A stretch of 64,000 nucleotides of DNA, from the NCBI GenBank assembly GCA_027487795.1, contig JAIYCX010000037.1:25360-89359 (forward strand), written 5' to 3'. Shown here piece after piece: positions 48,249-58,012 of this stretch (position 1 is its first letter; each line of letters begins with the position of its first letter). The stretch comes from Pseudomonadota bacterium. Lineage in GTDB: Bacteria > Bdellovibrionota_C > UBA2361 > SZUA-149 > DAOLCO01. The position numbers and the translations under genes were made by a program. The notes under the pieces are model-generated. The model was not told where the DNA came from. It was given only the letters and a program-made list of their open reading frames with translations, and did not search any database.

Positions 48249-49643
48249 CTATTTTGCTTTTTTACTCAGATACCTAACGATATCTATCCTTGTAATAACC
48301 CCACAAATTTCAGAATTTGAATCTACAACAAAAGCGGCATGATTCTCTTCTAGTAATGGCTCAATTTTAGCGATTTCATCTTCTTTTTTTACTAATGCTT
48401 GTATTTTTGAGGAAACACTTGAAGCAAGATCTTTAGGTGTTTTTTCACCGCTTAAAAGTGCACTTAAAAGATCACTTTCATGTAATAGTCTATATGTTTT
48501 AGTTTTCTTATCGAATAGTGGCATTTGAGAAATACCTTTCTCGGCCATGATATCGGTAACTTCTTCAATTGTCTGCGTATCGTTCGCAAAGACAACTAAG
48601 TTTCCTTTAAAAGATAATATATCTTTAACAGTCCCACTCTGAAGCTCTAAACCAAGAGTTCCAAAACCATTACTCTTCATCCATTCATCATTATATAATT
48701 TAGATATATACCTGTTTCCTGAATCACAAAGTACACAAACTACTGTCTTACCAGGTCCTAATTCTCTGGCAATATCAATTGCAACACTAACACCAGCACC
48801 TGCGGTGTCCCCAACTAATAAGCCCTCTTCTCTAGCTAGTTTTCTGGCATAGAAGAATGCTTTTTTATCACTTACTTTTCTTACTTCATCAACTACTGAG
48901 AAATCTAAACAATCTGGAATAAAATCATTGCCGATTCCTTCCATTTTCCATCCCTTTTTATCCTTAATCTCCTGCTTGTAGTAACTATCTGAATAGATAC
49001 TACCAACTGGATCCATTAAAACTATTTTAACTTCTTTACCCTGTGCTGCTCTTTTTTCTTTAAGATATTTTCCTACCCCAGAAATAGTACCACCAGATCC
49101 TGCACCTGAAATAAATGCATCAATATTACCCTCTGTCTGCTCCCATAGTTCAGGTCCGGTATTATTATAATGCGCGTCTACATTTGTAAGGTTAAAAAAT
49201 TGATTTACCAAAACGTAGTTTTCATTTTCATTAACTATGCGTTTAGCAACCTCTCTCCAAGAATCAGGATGATCATCAGGTACGGCAGTAGGAGTGGTAA
49301 TTATTGTACTACCATATGCCTTGATCATATTAATTTTCTCTACGCTAAATTTATCAGGCATTACAAAGATTGATTTATAGCCCTTAACTACACAGACCAT
49401 CGCAACTGCAAGACCAGTGTTGCCAGCTGTTGCCTCAACTACTGTTCCTCCTGGCTTTAATACGCCACTCTTTTCGAAGGATTCAATTATGTGTTTGGCC
49501 ATTCTATCTTTTAAAGATCCACTTGGCTGAAGAAATTCAGCTTTTAATAGAATAGTAGCCATTGTCTTAGGATCAAAACCTGACCTAAGTTTTATAAGTG
49601 GTGTATTTCCTGTGGCTTCTAATATGGATGAAAGTATTTTCAT
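48249..49643 (-). CDS. Cystathionine beta-synthase (PLP domain plus CBS pair)
   Basis: GNTPL, PSGSLKDR, EATAGNTG, GSGGTISG, EGIG, DSGNRYISK; C-terminal CBS domains. Confidence 0.88.
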   Translation of the reverse strand: MKILSSILEATGNTPLIKLRSGFDPKTMATILLKAEFLQPSGSLKDRMAKHIIESFEKSGVLKPGGTVVEATAGNTGLAVAMVCVVKGYKSIFVMPDKFSVEKINMIKAYGSTIITTPTAVPDDHPDSWREVAKRIVNENENYVLVNQFFNLTNVDAHYNNTGPELWEQTEGNIDAFISGAGSGGTISGVGKYLKEKRAAQGKEVKIVLMDPVGSIYSDSYYKQEIKDKKGWKMEGIGNDFIPDCLDFSVVDEVRKVSDKKAFFYARKLAREEGLLVGDTAGAGVSVAIDIARELGPGKTVVCVLCDSGNRYISKLYNDEWMKSNGFGTLGLELQSGTVKDILSFKGNLVVFANDTQTIEEVTDIMAEKGISQMPLFDKKTKTYRLLHESDLLSALLSGEKTPKDLASSVSSKIQALVKKEDEIAKIEPLLEENHAAFVVDSNSEICGVITRIDIVRYLSKKAK

Positions 49644-49652
49644 GTAATGCAG

Positions 49653-50066
49653 CTAAATTCTAGCTTCTCCTCTTGGTTTAAAATCGAATTCCCAAATATC
49701 ATAGTCGTAACCTTCTCCAAAATCTATAAAGAAGACTTCACTGTAAGATAATTCTATTATAATTTTACCACTTTCACGTCGTATCCTCAGATCTTTTACA
49801 TCAGCTGGCACTTCTAGTTTTTTCATGGCTCTATCTATGATATCAATAATTTCGCTATCCTTACTAATTGTGGCGACTTCAGCCTGAGCCTGAAAGAGAT
49901 TTTGCAATTCGTAATAACTATAGTAAAAAGGTATTATTTTAAAAGAAGAAAAAACAGTCACTAAAACAAGTAAAATAAAAAGCAGAGGCCCAAATGAAAG
50001 AAAGCCTGCTTCTTTTTTAGAGTATTTCTTTGAGTTGTTGATCTTCATTTGTGTATTTAGATACAA
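49653..50066 (-). CDS. DUF4845-like pilin-type membrane protein
   Basis: KKEAG|FLS prepilin-like leader, hydrophobic helix, KIIPFYYSY, C-terminal beta strands. Confidence 0.65.
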   Translation of the reverse strand: MYLNTQMKINNSKKYSKKEAGFLSFGPLLFILLVLVTVFSSFKIIPFYYSYYELQNLFQAQAEVATISKDSEIIDIIDRAMKKLEVPADVKDLRIRRESGKIIIELSYSEVFFIDFGEGYDYDIWEFDFKPRGEARI

Positions 50067-50105
50067 TTATTAATCTTGTATCTATAGTTAACATTAAGAG
50101 ACAAA

Positions 50106-50504
50106 ATGGGCACTCCAAAAATAATGGAAGAGATAGTACCGAAAAGTAAACTTAAAATCACTTATTGGACCTTCCTACTTCCTTTCCTTTTTACCTTGAT
50201 TTTAGGGCTAGGTAATCTAGTAATCGGTAAGTATAAAACCATACAGTATGCAGAAGTGCTTAGCGAAATATCAGGTAGCTCTGATCCAGATACAATAACA
50301 GCTTTAAGCACTGAGGATATGTCTCCTTTGCAAAGATTAAAATACTCAGGTGATAAAACAGCTAAAGTTTATGCCATGATTAGAAAAGCTGAACGAAGAA
50401 GAGATATGTATCAGATGGTTACCTATGGAGGTAAAATTTTTCTAGCTTTTAGTGTTTTTATACTTGGCATTTGGGTTTTTGCTAGAAACTCTCACCTACC
50501 ATAA
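50106..50504 (+). CDS. Hypothetical two-TM membrane protein
   Basis: Two hydrophobic helices flanking a soluble loop; 13-bp convergent overlap with dprA. Confidence 0.7.
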   Translation: MGTPKIMEEIVPKSKLKITYWTFLLPFLFTLILGLGNLVIGKYKTIQYAEVLSEISGSSDPDTITALSTEDMSPLQRLKYSGDKTAKVYAMIRKAERRRDMYQMVTYGGKIFLAFSVFILGIWVFARNSHLP

Positions 50505-51589
50505 GTCCCATCAATCTCTTTTAATACATCCTTAAGAGTTAATACTCCTAACATTTGTCGTAAATTTCCAGCTTCTATATTAGTAAGTTCGATTAACTCT
50601 TCAAAAGTATAATAGTTATTACTCATTAAAATGACCAAACGCTCTTCTTCTTTAGAAAGAGGGACTTTGATTATCTCTATTTGTTTTTGTAATGGTTGCT
50701 TATCTGAAATATTAGAGATTTTTCTATTTTCAGCTGGTACAATTAAGTCTAACAAAGATTCTATACTAACTACAATCTGTCCGCCCTCTGAAATTATTTT
50801 ATTGGTGCCGATACTGGTTGGAACATCAATTGGACCGGGAACGGAATAAACATCCCTTCCCTGCTCTAGAGCAAGTCTGGCTGAAATTAAACTTCCGCTT
50901 CTCAGCTCTGCTTCAACTATAATAACTCCCTTACTGAATCCTGTTACAATTCGATTTCTTCTAGGAAACATATAAGATTGTGACCTAGATCTTAAACCAT
51001 ACTCGCTAATAACAAGTCCATTCGTATCAATTATTTCTTGAGCTAGACCAATATTAAGCTTAGGAAAAATCTCTAATAGGCCTGAACCAAGAACAGCTAT
51101 TGTACTTTCATGTTCATTAAGGGTACCCTGATGTGCTGCTGAATCTATACCATGAGCTAGTCCACTAACTACACATATTCCTTGAGAGACTAGGGCTGAA
51201 GATATTTTCTTTGTTATCTTAAGACCATATTCAGTAGCCTTCCTAGTTCCGACTATTGAATACTTTTCTTTTTTTAGAACTTCTAAATTCCCATCCTTTG
51301 CCATAATAAATAATATCAATGGAGGATCATCTATTGCTAACAACGAAGCAGGATATAAATCTTGCAAAATACATATATAAATAATCCCTATGGACTCTGC
51401 CTCTTCAATCTCTCTCTTTGCTTGATTCCAGTATAAATCTTTTGGAGTTGGAAGTTGGGAAATCAATTCTTCTTTTTCAACACTTTGCTCCATGTATGAC
51501 TTAACCATCTTGCAGATCTTAGTTGAATAATAGCTAGATTCTAGACCCCAAGCATGAAACAATATGCATAAGTCTCTATAATTATTCAT
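50492..51589 (-). CDS. dprA: DNA-processing protein DprA
   Basis: YPASL..I.DPP, IVGTR, VVSGLAHGID, FPRRNRIV, SGSLISARLALEQGRDV, VPGPI. Confidence 0.95.
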   Translation of the reverse strand: MNNYRDLCILFHAWGLESSYYSTKICKMVKSYMEQSVEKEELISQLPTPKDLYWNQAKREIEEAESIGIIYICILQDLYPASLLAIDDPPLILFIMAKDGNLEVLKKEKYSIVGTRKATEYGLKITKKISSALVSQGICVVSGLAHGIDSAAHQGTLNEHESTIAVLGSGLLEIFPKLNIGLAQEIIDTNGLVISEYGLRSRSQSYMFPRRNRIVTGFSKGVIIVEAELRSGSLISARLALEQGRDVYSVPGPIDVPTSIGTNKIISEGGQIVVSIESLLDLIVPAENRKISNISDKQPLQKQIEIIKVPLSKEEERLVILMSNNYYTFEELIELTNIEAGNLRQMLGVLTLKDVLKEIDGTYGR

Positions 51590-51605
51590 AATCCTAATTT
51601 TAAAT

Positions 51606-51633
51606 TAAAGGGCATAATGATTTAATCCGATAA
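51606..51633 (+). promoter_or_regulatory. sigma28/FliA-type promoter
   Basis: TAAA-N16-TCCGATAA about 70 nt upstream of ORF 51703. Confidence 0.6.
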
Positions 51634-51702
51634 TAAGTTACTGCTTACATTTGTTTTATCGCAGAATTTTATTTTTTTTCTCCAAGTAATTTGTTTTAAT
51701 CT

Positions 51703-52788
51703 ATGAGCACTAAGGAACCCAACAACGAAGACCTAGGATTAGTTTTTGATTCCTTTGAAATCGAAAAAGAAGATTTTGAAAAAGTTGATCTTGTATCCGA
51801 TCTTTTTACAGAACTTTCAAATGAGCTGCCTGAAATATTACCTCCTGTAGTTTCAAATAATTTACCAACTGAAAGAATTACTGAGAAAGCTGAACTAATT
51901 AAAGAAGATATGTCTCCACCAAAGAGAAACTTCGAGGTGGAAAAAAAAGATTTGGTTGATAACGACTTAAGTAAAACAGAACTTGAAGAAGATAAAAAAA
52001 ATCTTGAAAATAATATCTTTGTAGAGCCGCATTTAAATCAAGTAAAAACTACTTCTTTAAATAAAAAAACTAAGTACTCAGTTATCGCGACGATAATTTC
52101 ATGCTTAGGATTAATAATCTGGATTACAAGCCCTAACTTAGAAGAAAATAAAAATTCTACTCCTTTAGCAATAACTGTAAATGAAGATTTAATAAAATCT
52201 ATTACAAATAATACAAAAAACTCTAGTAATAAAAATAATGAGAGTAAAAGTGTTATTACTATTAATATAGAAAGATTTGAAAGCTACAAAGAATTTGAAG
52301 ATTACTCTACTAATGTTAAAGTGAGCGTCAATGATAAAAAACTTTCAGAAGTTATTTACGAACTAGACCGAATTAAAACCGACTATTTCACTGGCGAAGA
52401 GTTAGTTAGTAAACATTTCAAACCAAGATTAAAATCTGTAAATGTTTTAATCAATAAACAGATTACTGAAACTAAGTTTTCTGGCACAGCAAGGATATTT
52501 TATTTACTAGGTAGTAAAGAAAAAAAATTAATTAAAGAAATTTTTGCAGAATATGAAGAGAGTCCAGTAAAACAAATTAGAATATTTACTGAGAATGCTG
52601 ATATTAATTCAAATACTGTAAATCTTTCAGAAGAACTTAATCTAGATCTTAATTTAAAATATAAACTCACTCCAGTTAAAGTCATAGTACCAGAGAGGAA
52701 AATTAAATTACCAGAAATTGTCAAAGAAGAAGATCCTAAAGAAAAGAAAAAAAAGAAGAAAAATACAGAAAAAAGTGATTCGGAATGA
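51703..52788 (+). CDS. Hypothetical bitopic membrane protein
   Basis: Acidic cytoplasmic N-terminus, single TM (SVIATIISCLGLIIWI), Lys-rich tail. Confidence 0.75.
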   Translation: MSTKEPNNEDLGLVFDSFEIEKEDFEKVDLVSDLFTELSNELPEILPPVVSNNLPTERITEKAELIKEDMSPPKRNFEVEKKDLVDNDLSKTELEEDKKNLENNIFVEPHLNQVKTTSLNKKTKYSVIATIISCLGLIIWITSPNLEENKNSTPLAITVNEDLIKSITNNTKNSSNKNNESKSVITINIERFESYKEFEDYSTNVKVSVNDKKLSEVIYELDRIKTDYFTGEELVSKHFKPRLKSVNVLINKQITETKFSGTARIFYLLGSKEKKLIKEIFAEYEESPVKQIRIFTENADINSNTVNLSEELNLDLNLKYKLTPVKVIVPERKIKLPEIVKEEDPKEKKKKKKNTEKSDSE

Positions 52789-52869
52789 TCTTTAAAAAGA
52801 CATAGACTAAAATCGCATAATATTAGAAGATAAGCCTAATCAAATTTATTTAAGACAAAACAGACACTT

Positions 52870-54006
52870 ATGAGTCAAGAAAAATATAGATTAAAAGATA
52901 TACTACCAATAGATTTTAGTGGCGCAACGGAACTTCATGTACACCTTGGTGGATCAGTCCCAATATATAGGTTATGGGAAATGGGAGTTCAGCGCGGGAT
53001 CAGAGGCGTTGGAGATTCTTATGAGGATTTTATAAAACTACTTCATAGAGCAGCTGATAAACTTGAAAACCTAGATGATTACTTACAAGTATTTGATACC
53101 GTGGAGCTTATTCAAGCTGGCCCTCAAGCCATAAAAGATAGCGTCGTTATTGCGATTAATGGTGCGTACAGAACTGGGGGAATGATAAGACTAGCTCCTG
53201 GTGGTGATGGTGGTGATCCAGAGCCTGCTTTTTCTATTACTCAACTAGAACTAAGGTTTAATCCTTTAAAAAGAACTGGTGCTCATCAAACTAAAAGCGG
53301 GATATCAGGACTTTATGATGTTGATAGAATTATTAGAGCAGCATGCCAAGCAGCAGAAGAAAGTGAAATAGCTTATCGTGGCAAGATTAAGACAGGGTTT
53401 ATTTGTTGCTTTGGTAGAGATATGTCATGGGAAACCAATAAATTACTTGCCGAAAAGATTTCTATCTGGAGAAAAACTCAAGATAAAGTTGTAGGGATAG
53501 ATCTAGCGGGACCTGAATCTGTTTTAAAATTAGATAATGATAAAGACTTAGCTAAAATGGCGGATCTTTATGATTTAGCGGCAGGTGATAAACTAGGTAG
53601 AACTATCCACGTTGGAGAAACTCCACATATTACTATTGATACTTTTATTAATACCATTAATGCAGTTAAAGCTACTAGAGTCGCTCATCCTATTATTTCT
53701 GCTAAAGCTTATTGGGATAAAAAAGATTCTCGTGGACTTAAACTGCTAGCAGATAAAAATATTTGCTGTGAATTATGTGTAAAATCTAATTTATTAACGA
53801 AGGCTATTTCCGATGCCCAAGAATATAAAAGATTTATAGATACACTTGATGAGTTCGGTATTAGATATACGTTTTCTACAGATTCCCCTGCCCTTCAGCT
53901 AACAACTTTAGGAAATGAGCTCCAATTCCTACTTGATAACGATGCAATCAGCCCAGAACAGATTTTAAGGGCTTTAGATACGGCAAAAGAAGTTAGTTTT
54001 ATTTAA
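52870..54006 (+). CDS. Adenosine/AMP deaminase-family amidohydrolase (atypical)
   Basis: ELHVHLGGS, ELRFNP, VGIDLAGPE, HVGE, ELCVKSN, STDSP. Confidence 0.85.
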   Translation: MSQEKYRLKDILPIDFSGATELHVHLGGSVPIYRLWEMGVQRGIRGVGDSYEDFIKLLHRAADKLENLDDYLQVFDTVELIQAGPQAIKDSVVIAINGAYRTGGMIRLAPGGDGGDPEPAFSITQLELRFNPLKRTGAHQTKSGISGLYDVDRIIRAACQAAEESEIAYRGKIKTGFICCFGRDMSWETNKLLAEKISIWRKTQDKVVGIDLAGPESVLKLDNDKDLAKMADLYDLAAGDKLGRTIHVGETPHITIDTFINTINAVKATRVAHPIISAKAYWDKKDSRGLKLLADKNICCELCVKSNLLTKAISDAQEYKRFIDTLDEFGIRYTFSTDSPALQLTTLGNELQFLLDNDAISPEQILRALDTAKEVSFI

Positions 54007-54058
54007 ATTCTATTCGAGCTATAGTCTGCCCTAATAATTAACATTTATATAGTTTTAC

Positions 54059-55525
54059 ATGACAGCGGTAACACCTTACGGAAGAAAGACAAAAATTATA
54101 GCGACACTAGGACCATCATCTAGTAGTCAAGAAGTTATTCATGGACTTATCTCAGCCGGAGTAAACGTAGTAAGATTAAATTTTTCTCACGGCACTCATG
54201 ATAGCCATAAACAAGTTTATGACATTGTTAGAGCTGAGGCTAAAAAGCTTGGTAGGCATGTTGCCATTTTTGTAGACCTTTGTGGACCTAAGGTAAGAAT
54301 TGGACCATTAGTTGGTGGAGAGATAACACTTGTTGATGGGGCAGATTTATTTTTATCTTACTTACCTAAAACAAGCACTCCAGTTGAAGGTGATAATTCT
54401 AAACTTTACGTTGAAGCTTTTGACCCAGTAGTTGTAATCAAAAGCGGACAAAAAGTTTTACTCGCAGATGGTAGAATACTTTTAATAGCAGGAGAAACTA
54501 TCGGCGACTCTGTAAAATGCACAGTAATATCAGGTGGCACACTAAGATCTAGATCAGGAATATCAGTACCTGATTCTAAGCTTGATTTACCGTGTTTAAC
54601 TGATAAAGATAAAGTTGATCTTACCTGGGCAATTAAGGAAAAGGCTGATTATATCGCTCTTTCATTTGTTGGTACTGCTAGAGATATCCAAGATGCTAGA
54701 ACATTTATGGAAGATTTTGGCGTTCAAATCCCGATAATTTCGAAAGTTGAACGTGCGAGTAGCCTTGAAGAAATTGGCCCTATTGTTGAAGCTTCAGATG
54801 CAGTAATGGTAGCTAGAGGTGATCTTGGATTAGAATTGCCACTAGAATGTGTACCTGCTGCTCAAAGAACTATTATAAATGAGTCTAACTTATCTGGGAC
54901 ACCGGTTATAACAGCGACCCAAATGCTAATGTCTATGGTTCATGAAATTAGACCTACAAGAGCAGAAGTAAGTGATGTGTACACTGCTGTAAGAGATGGA
55001 ACTGATTGTGTCATGTTATCTGATGAAACAGCGATTGGTAAACATCCAGTTCAAGCAGTTAAAGTATTAGCAAGTATTTTATTAGAAGCTGAGAAAGAAC
55101 AATTACTTGATAAAACACCTCCTACTCAGAAGAAAGCTGCTAAAGATAAAGTTGCTGATGCAGTTTGTTTTGCTGCCTCAAATGCTGCTTCAAAGGTTGG
55201 AGCACAAGCGATAATAGCGTGTACAGAAACAGGTTCTACTGCTGCACTTATGGCAAAATATAGACCAGAGGCAACAGTATTTGGTGCAACTTCAGTTAGT
55301 GGCGTTCTATCCAAAATGGCACTACTCTGGGGAGTTGAACCTCTTTTAATTAATCTATCAAATGATAGTTCAATGGAAGATGAAATTTCTACTTCATTAC
55401 TTGCTGCTAGAGATGTTTACGGCCTAAAGCCAGGATCAAGAGTAGTAATGACAGTTGGACTTAGAACTAAAAAGACTGGTTCAACAAATGTTATGGAAAT
55501 AAGAGAAGTCCCTAGAGCTGTCTAG
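54059..55525 (+). CDS. pyk: Pyruvate kinase
   Basis: TKIIATLGP, RLNFSHG, MVARGDLG, TATQML, PTRAEVSD, MLSDETAIG. Confidence 0.97.
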   Translation: MTAVTPYGRKTKIIATLGPSSSSQEVIHGLISAGVNVVRLNFSHGTHDSHKQVYDIVRAEAKKLGRHVAIFVDLCGPKVRIGPLVGGEITLVDGADLFLSYLPKTSTPVEGDNSKLYVEAFDPVVVIKSGQKVLLADGRILLIAGETIGDSVKCTVISGGTLRSRSGISVPDSKLDLPCLTDKDKVDLTWAIKEKADYIALSFVGTARDIQDARTFMEDFGVQIPIISKVERASSLEEIGPIVEASDAVMVARGDLGLELPLECVPAAQRTIINESNLSGTPVITATQMLMSMVHEIRPTRAEVSDVYTAVRDGTDCVMLSDETAIGKHPVQAVKVLASILLEAEKEQLLDKTPPTQKKAAKDKVADAVCFAASNAASKVGAQAIIACTETGSTAALMAKYRPEATVFGATSVSGVLSKMALLWGVEPLLINLSNDSSMEDEISTSLLAARDVYGLKPGSRVVMTVGLRTKKTGSTNVMEIREVPRAV

Positions 55526-55532
55526 GGATTTT
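55506..55532. terminator. Hairpin spanning the pyk stop, between convergent genes
   Basis: AAGTCCCTAGA-GCTG-TCTAGGGATTT. Confidence 0.6.
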
Positions 55533-56247
55533 ATCTTACTACTTTAAGATTTACAGTATTTTGTTTAGTCTCTGACTCTTTAGAGTCTAAATTAATTAAA
55601 GTAGAGTAAAGAGTTTTTGAAACTTTAATCAGATCTTCAGAAAGATACCCTACGTCATAGGCCCAATAAATTGGATAACTAGGTGCTAAAGTTGGATTTA
55701 CAGCATGATACTTATTTTTATCAAAATCTAACATTTCAGATAATGCTCCATCATTAGTTTGGCTACCAAGTAGTCTCAAACTAAGAGCATTATCAAATCC
55801 AGAAACTATGCTTCCTCTTCCAAGTGAAAAAATATTATCTACTTCTGAATGAATTAAAGAAGGTAGATTTTCTAAATTTTTATTTGGAATTCCTTGCTCT
55901 TTTAATGCAAGAATTAGAGCTACGGCGAGTAGATCTCTAACTTTATAGCACCTTCTTCCTCGTGAATAAGTTTTTCCACTAGGGATAGTTATACCAAGCT
56001 GATTATAAAGAGTAAATTGCGACAAAACTAGTCGTCTTAATGGGAAGATTTCCTGTAATATTCGTCTAACCCCAGAAGCATTTAACTCTAAAGCCTCAAT
56101 ATCTTCGTCACTTGCATCAATTTGAGCTGAATTAGACTCTTGGTTATGAGCTATTTTTGTCTTGTCAGAGCCAGAAGTTCCCAAACCAAAAGTATCGGAC
56201 TTACCTAAATCGTAGTCTACTTCTTTATTCAGTTTAATTGCTAACAT
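55531..56247 (-). CDS. MerR-like HTH protein (divergent), probable start at 56247
   Basis: SQFTLYNQLGITIPS...RRCYKVRDLLAVALILALKEQGIP MerR-type winged helix; a sigma28-type promoter lies inside the longer ORF-track N-terminus. Confidence 0.65.
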   Translation of the reverse strand: MLAIKLNKEVDYDLGKSDTFGLGTSGSDKTKIAHNQESNSAQIDASDEDIEALELNASGVRRILQEIFPLRRLVLSQFTLYNQLGITIPSGKTYSRGRRCYKVRDLLAVALILALKEQGIPNKNLENLPSLIHSEVDNIFSLGRGSIVSGFDNALSLRLLGSQTNDGALSEMLDFDKNKYHAVNPTLAPSYPIYWAYDVGYLSEDLIKVSKTLYSTLINLDSKESETKQNTVNLKVVR

Positions 56248-56257
56248 AATCGAAAAG

Positions 56258-56285
56258 TTATCGGTTTTAATCGCACAGCTATTTA
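56258..56285 (-). promoter_or_regulatory. sigma28/FliA-type promoter
   Basis: Minus strand TAAA-N16-ACCGATAA, 10 nt before the ATG at 56247. Confidence 0.6.
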
Positions 56286-56407
56286 TACTGTTTCTCATAA
56301 ATATATGTTTTTAAAAAGATAATTTTTTCAGTAACTTCATTTTTATTAAAATAAGTTCTATAGATAGAATAAGAGAGAAGTTAAATTTCAAGATAAATAG
56401 TGCTCAT

Positions 56408-57187
56408 ATGGAAAAGATAAAAAATACATTACTTACTATAGAAGAATGCGTGTCTCTTTCAGGGGTACAACTAGAAACTATAAAGCAGTATCAAGAACTA
56501 GGCTTGTTAAGAGTATTATCTATTCAAGGAAGAGATTACTTTGAAGAAGAAGATATTAGATTGATATTCAATTACAAACCAAAAGCTAAAACAGTAGTAA
56601 CTGAAAATAAAACTTCGGTATCTGAGGATGATGAGCTAAACGAACTTCCTACACTTTCTTCAATATTGAATTTAGATACTTCTAATTCTACCAGTGTTAA
56701 AGAAGAAAAAGTAATTCCCTTTAAAGCACGCGCTAATCCAACACTTGATCTAGAAACCAATAAAATCAAAGATCCCTCACCTGTAGAAGATAAAACGACA
56801 GAAACTATAAAAACCCCAGAAGTCGCCCCAGATATTATAGGAGAATCTGACTATAATAGCTCAGACTACAGTAATGCTAATTTTAATAATTCTACTTTTT
56901 CGGAAGACAAAACTGGTCTATCAAGTATTGATATCTTAGATTTAACCAGATCGCTTAAAAGTCAACTTGAGATTGTAAAATCAGAAAGAGATTGGTTGAG
57001 AACTAGAGTAGAGAAGCTCGAACTTCAGATTGAAAGACAACAAGCCATATCAATGTCTGAATCAGATACTTTAAAATCTCTGGCTCTATTAAATTTAGAT
57101 CAAAAAAAGAAATTAGAAGAAAGGAATTCTAATAGGAAGTCACCTTTCGACTTCCTATTATCTTGGACTAAACCAAAAGAATACTAA
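56408..57187 (+). CDS. MerR-type HTH + disordered linker + coiled-coil protein (RacA-like architecture)
   Basis: LTIEECVSLSGVQLETIKQYQELGLL...YFEEEDIRLI; coiled coil LKSQLEIVKSERDWLRTRVEKLE; aromatic tail SPFDFLLSW. Confidence 0.7.
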   Translation: MEKIKNTLLTIEECVSLSGVQLETIKQYQELGLLRVLSIQGRDYFEEEDIRLIFNYKPKAKTVVTENKTSVSEDDELNELPTLSSILNLDTSNSTSVKEEKVIPFKARANPTLDLETNKIKDPSPVEDKTTETIKTPEVAPDIIGESDYNSSDYSNANFNNSTFSEDKTGLSSIDILDLTRSLKSQLEIVKSERDWLRTRVEKLELQIERQQAISMSESDTLKSLALLNLDQKKKLEERNSNRKSPFDFLLSWTKPKEY

Positions 57188-57193
57188 ATACTA

Positions 57194-58012
57194 CTATTCA
57201 GATTCTGGTAAAGCTGCTGCTGGAAGCTCTGATGCTTCTTTAGCTTCTACAGTCCCACCGACATTGAATTCGACACGTCTGTTAGCAGCACGAGCCCAAT
57301 CAGTCTCTTCAGTAAACTTTGGCTTAGATTCTCCATAGCTTACTGGGCTTAATTTAGAAGATGGAATACCAAGAGCAGCAAGTTCAGTCACTACAGCCTG
57401 AGCTCTTTTTTCACCTAATTTCATATTATAGTCATCAGTACCCTTGTAATCAGTATGCCCTTCCACAGCAATCTGAACATCAGATACACTTTGTAATAAT
57501 TTTGAAATTTGCTGGACCTTAGCTCTACCTAAATCGTTTAATGTAGACTTATTAAAATCAAAATTTACTTCTGGGAAATAAACTTGTCTTAAATTAGCAT
57601 CAGATTCTGAGCTTCCACCATTTCTCTCATTTCTCATCGACTTGTAGGGTTGTATATCTCTACAATTAGGAGACTCATCTGAAGGAGAAAAACAAAGTGG
57701 CTCTCTGTGATCATAAGGCTCTCTATAACCCATGACACTTCTAGTAGTTTCAGTACTAGCTGCAAATGCACTAAATGGACGAAAGATTGCTTCTCTAGCA
57801 ACCCAACCAATTGGGTGAAGTGCGTAAGCAAGAATTCTTAATGGATGAGATTCGGATTCTCTATATCTTGGAGACTTATGCCCCGCGAAAATTCCGTTAT
57901 CTCTTGGTAGAAGATCTTGAGCGTTTGATTCACTCACACCAACTAGCACAGCACCAACTAATGTAAGTGAAGTCGCTATTGATTTTGAAAAAAAAGATTT
58001 ATTTGTAGCCAT
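57194..58012 (-). CDS. OmpA/Pal-like peptidoglycan-binding protein with an unusual N-terminal domain
   Basis: Signal peptide; VNFDFNKS, VEGHTD, YNMKLGEKRA, SYGESKP, ANRRVEF. Confidence 0.9.
   Translation of the reverse strand: MATNKSFFSKSIATSLTLVGAVLVGVSESNAQDLLPRDNGIFAGHKSPRYRESESHPLRILAYALHPIGWVAREAIFRPFSAFAASTETTRSVMGYREPYDHREPLCFSPSDESPNCRDIQPYKSMRNERNGGSSESDANLRQVYFPEVNFDFNKSTLNDLGRAKVQQISKLLQSVSDVQIAVEGHTDYKGTDDYNMKLGEKRAQAVVTELAALGIPSSKLSPVSYGESKPKFTEETDWARAANRRVEFNVGGTVEAKEASELPAAALPESE

Noticed and set aside
56248-56298. Longer N-terminus (MRNSINSC...) of the MerR-like ORF
   Set aside because: This segment contains the sigma28-type promoter, so the ATG at 56247 is more plausible.
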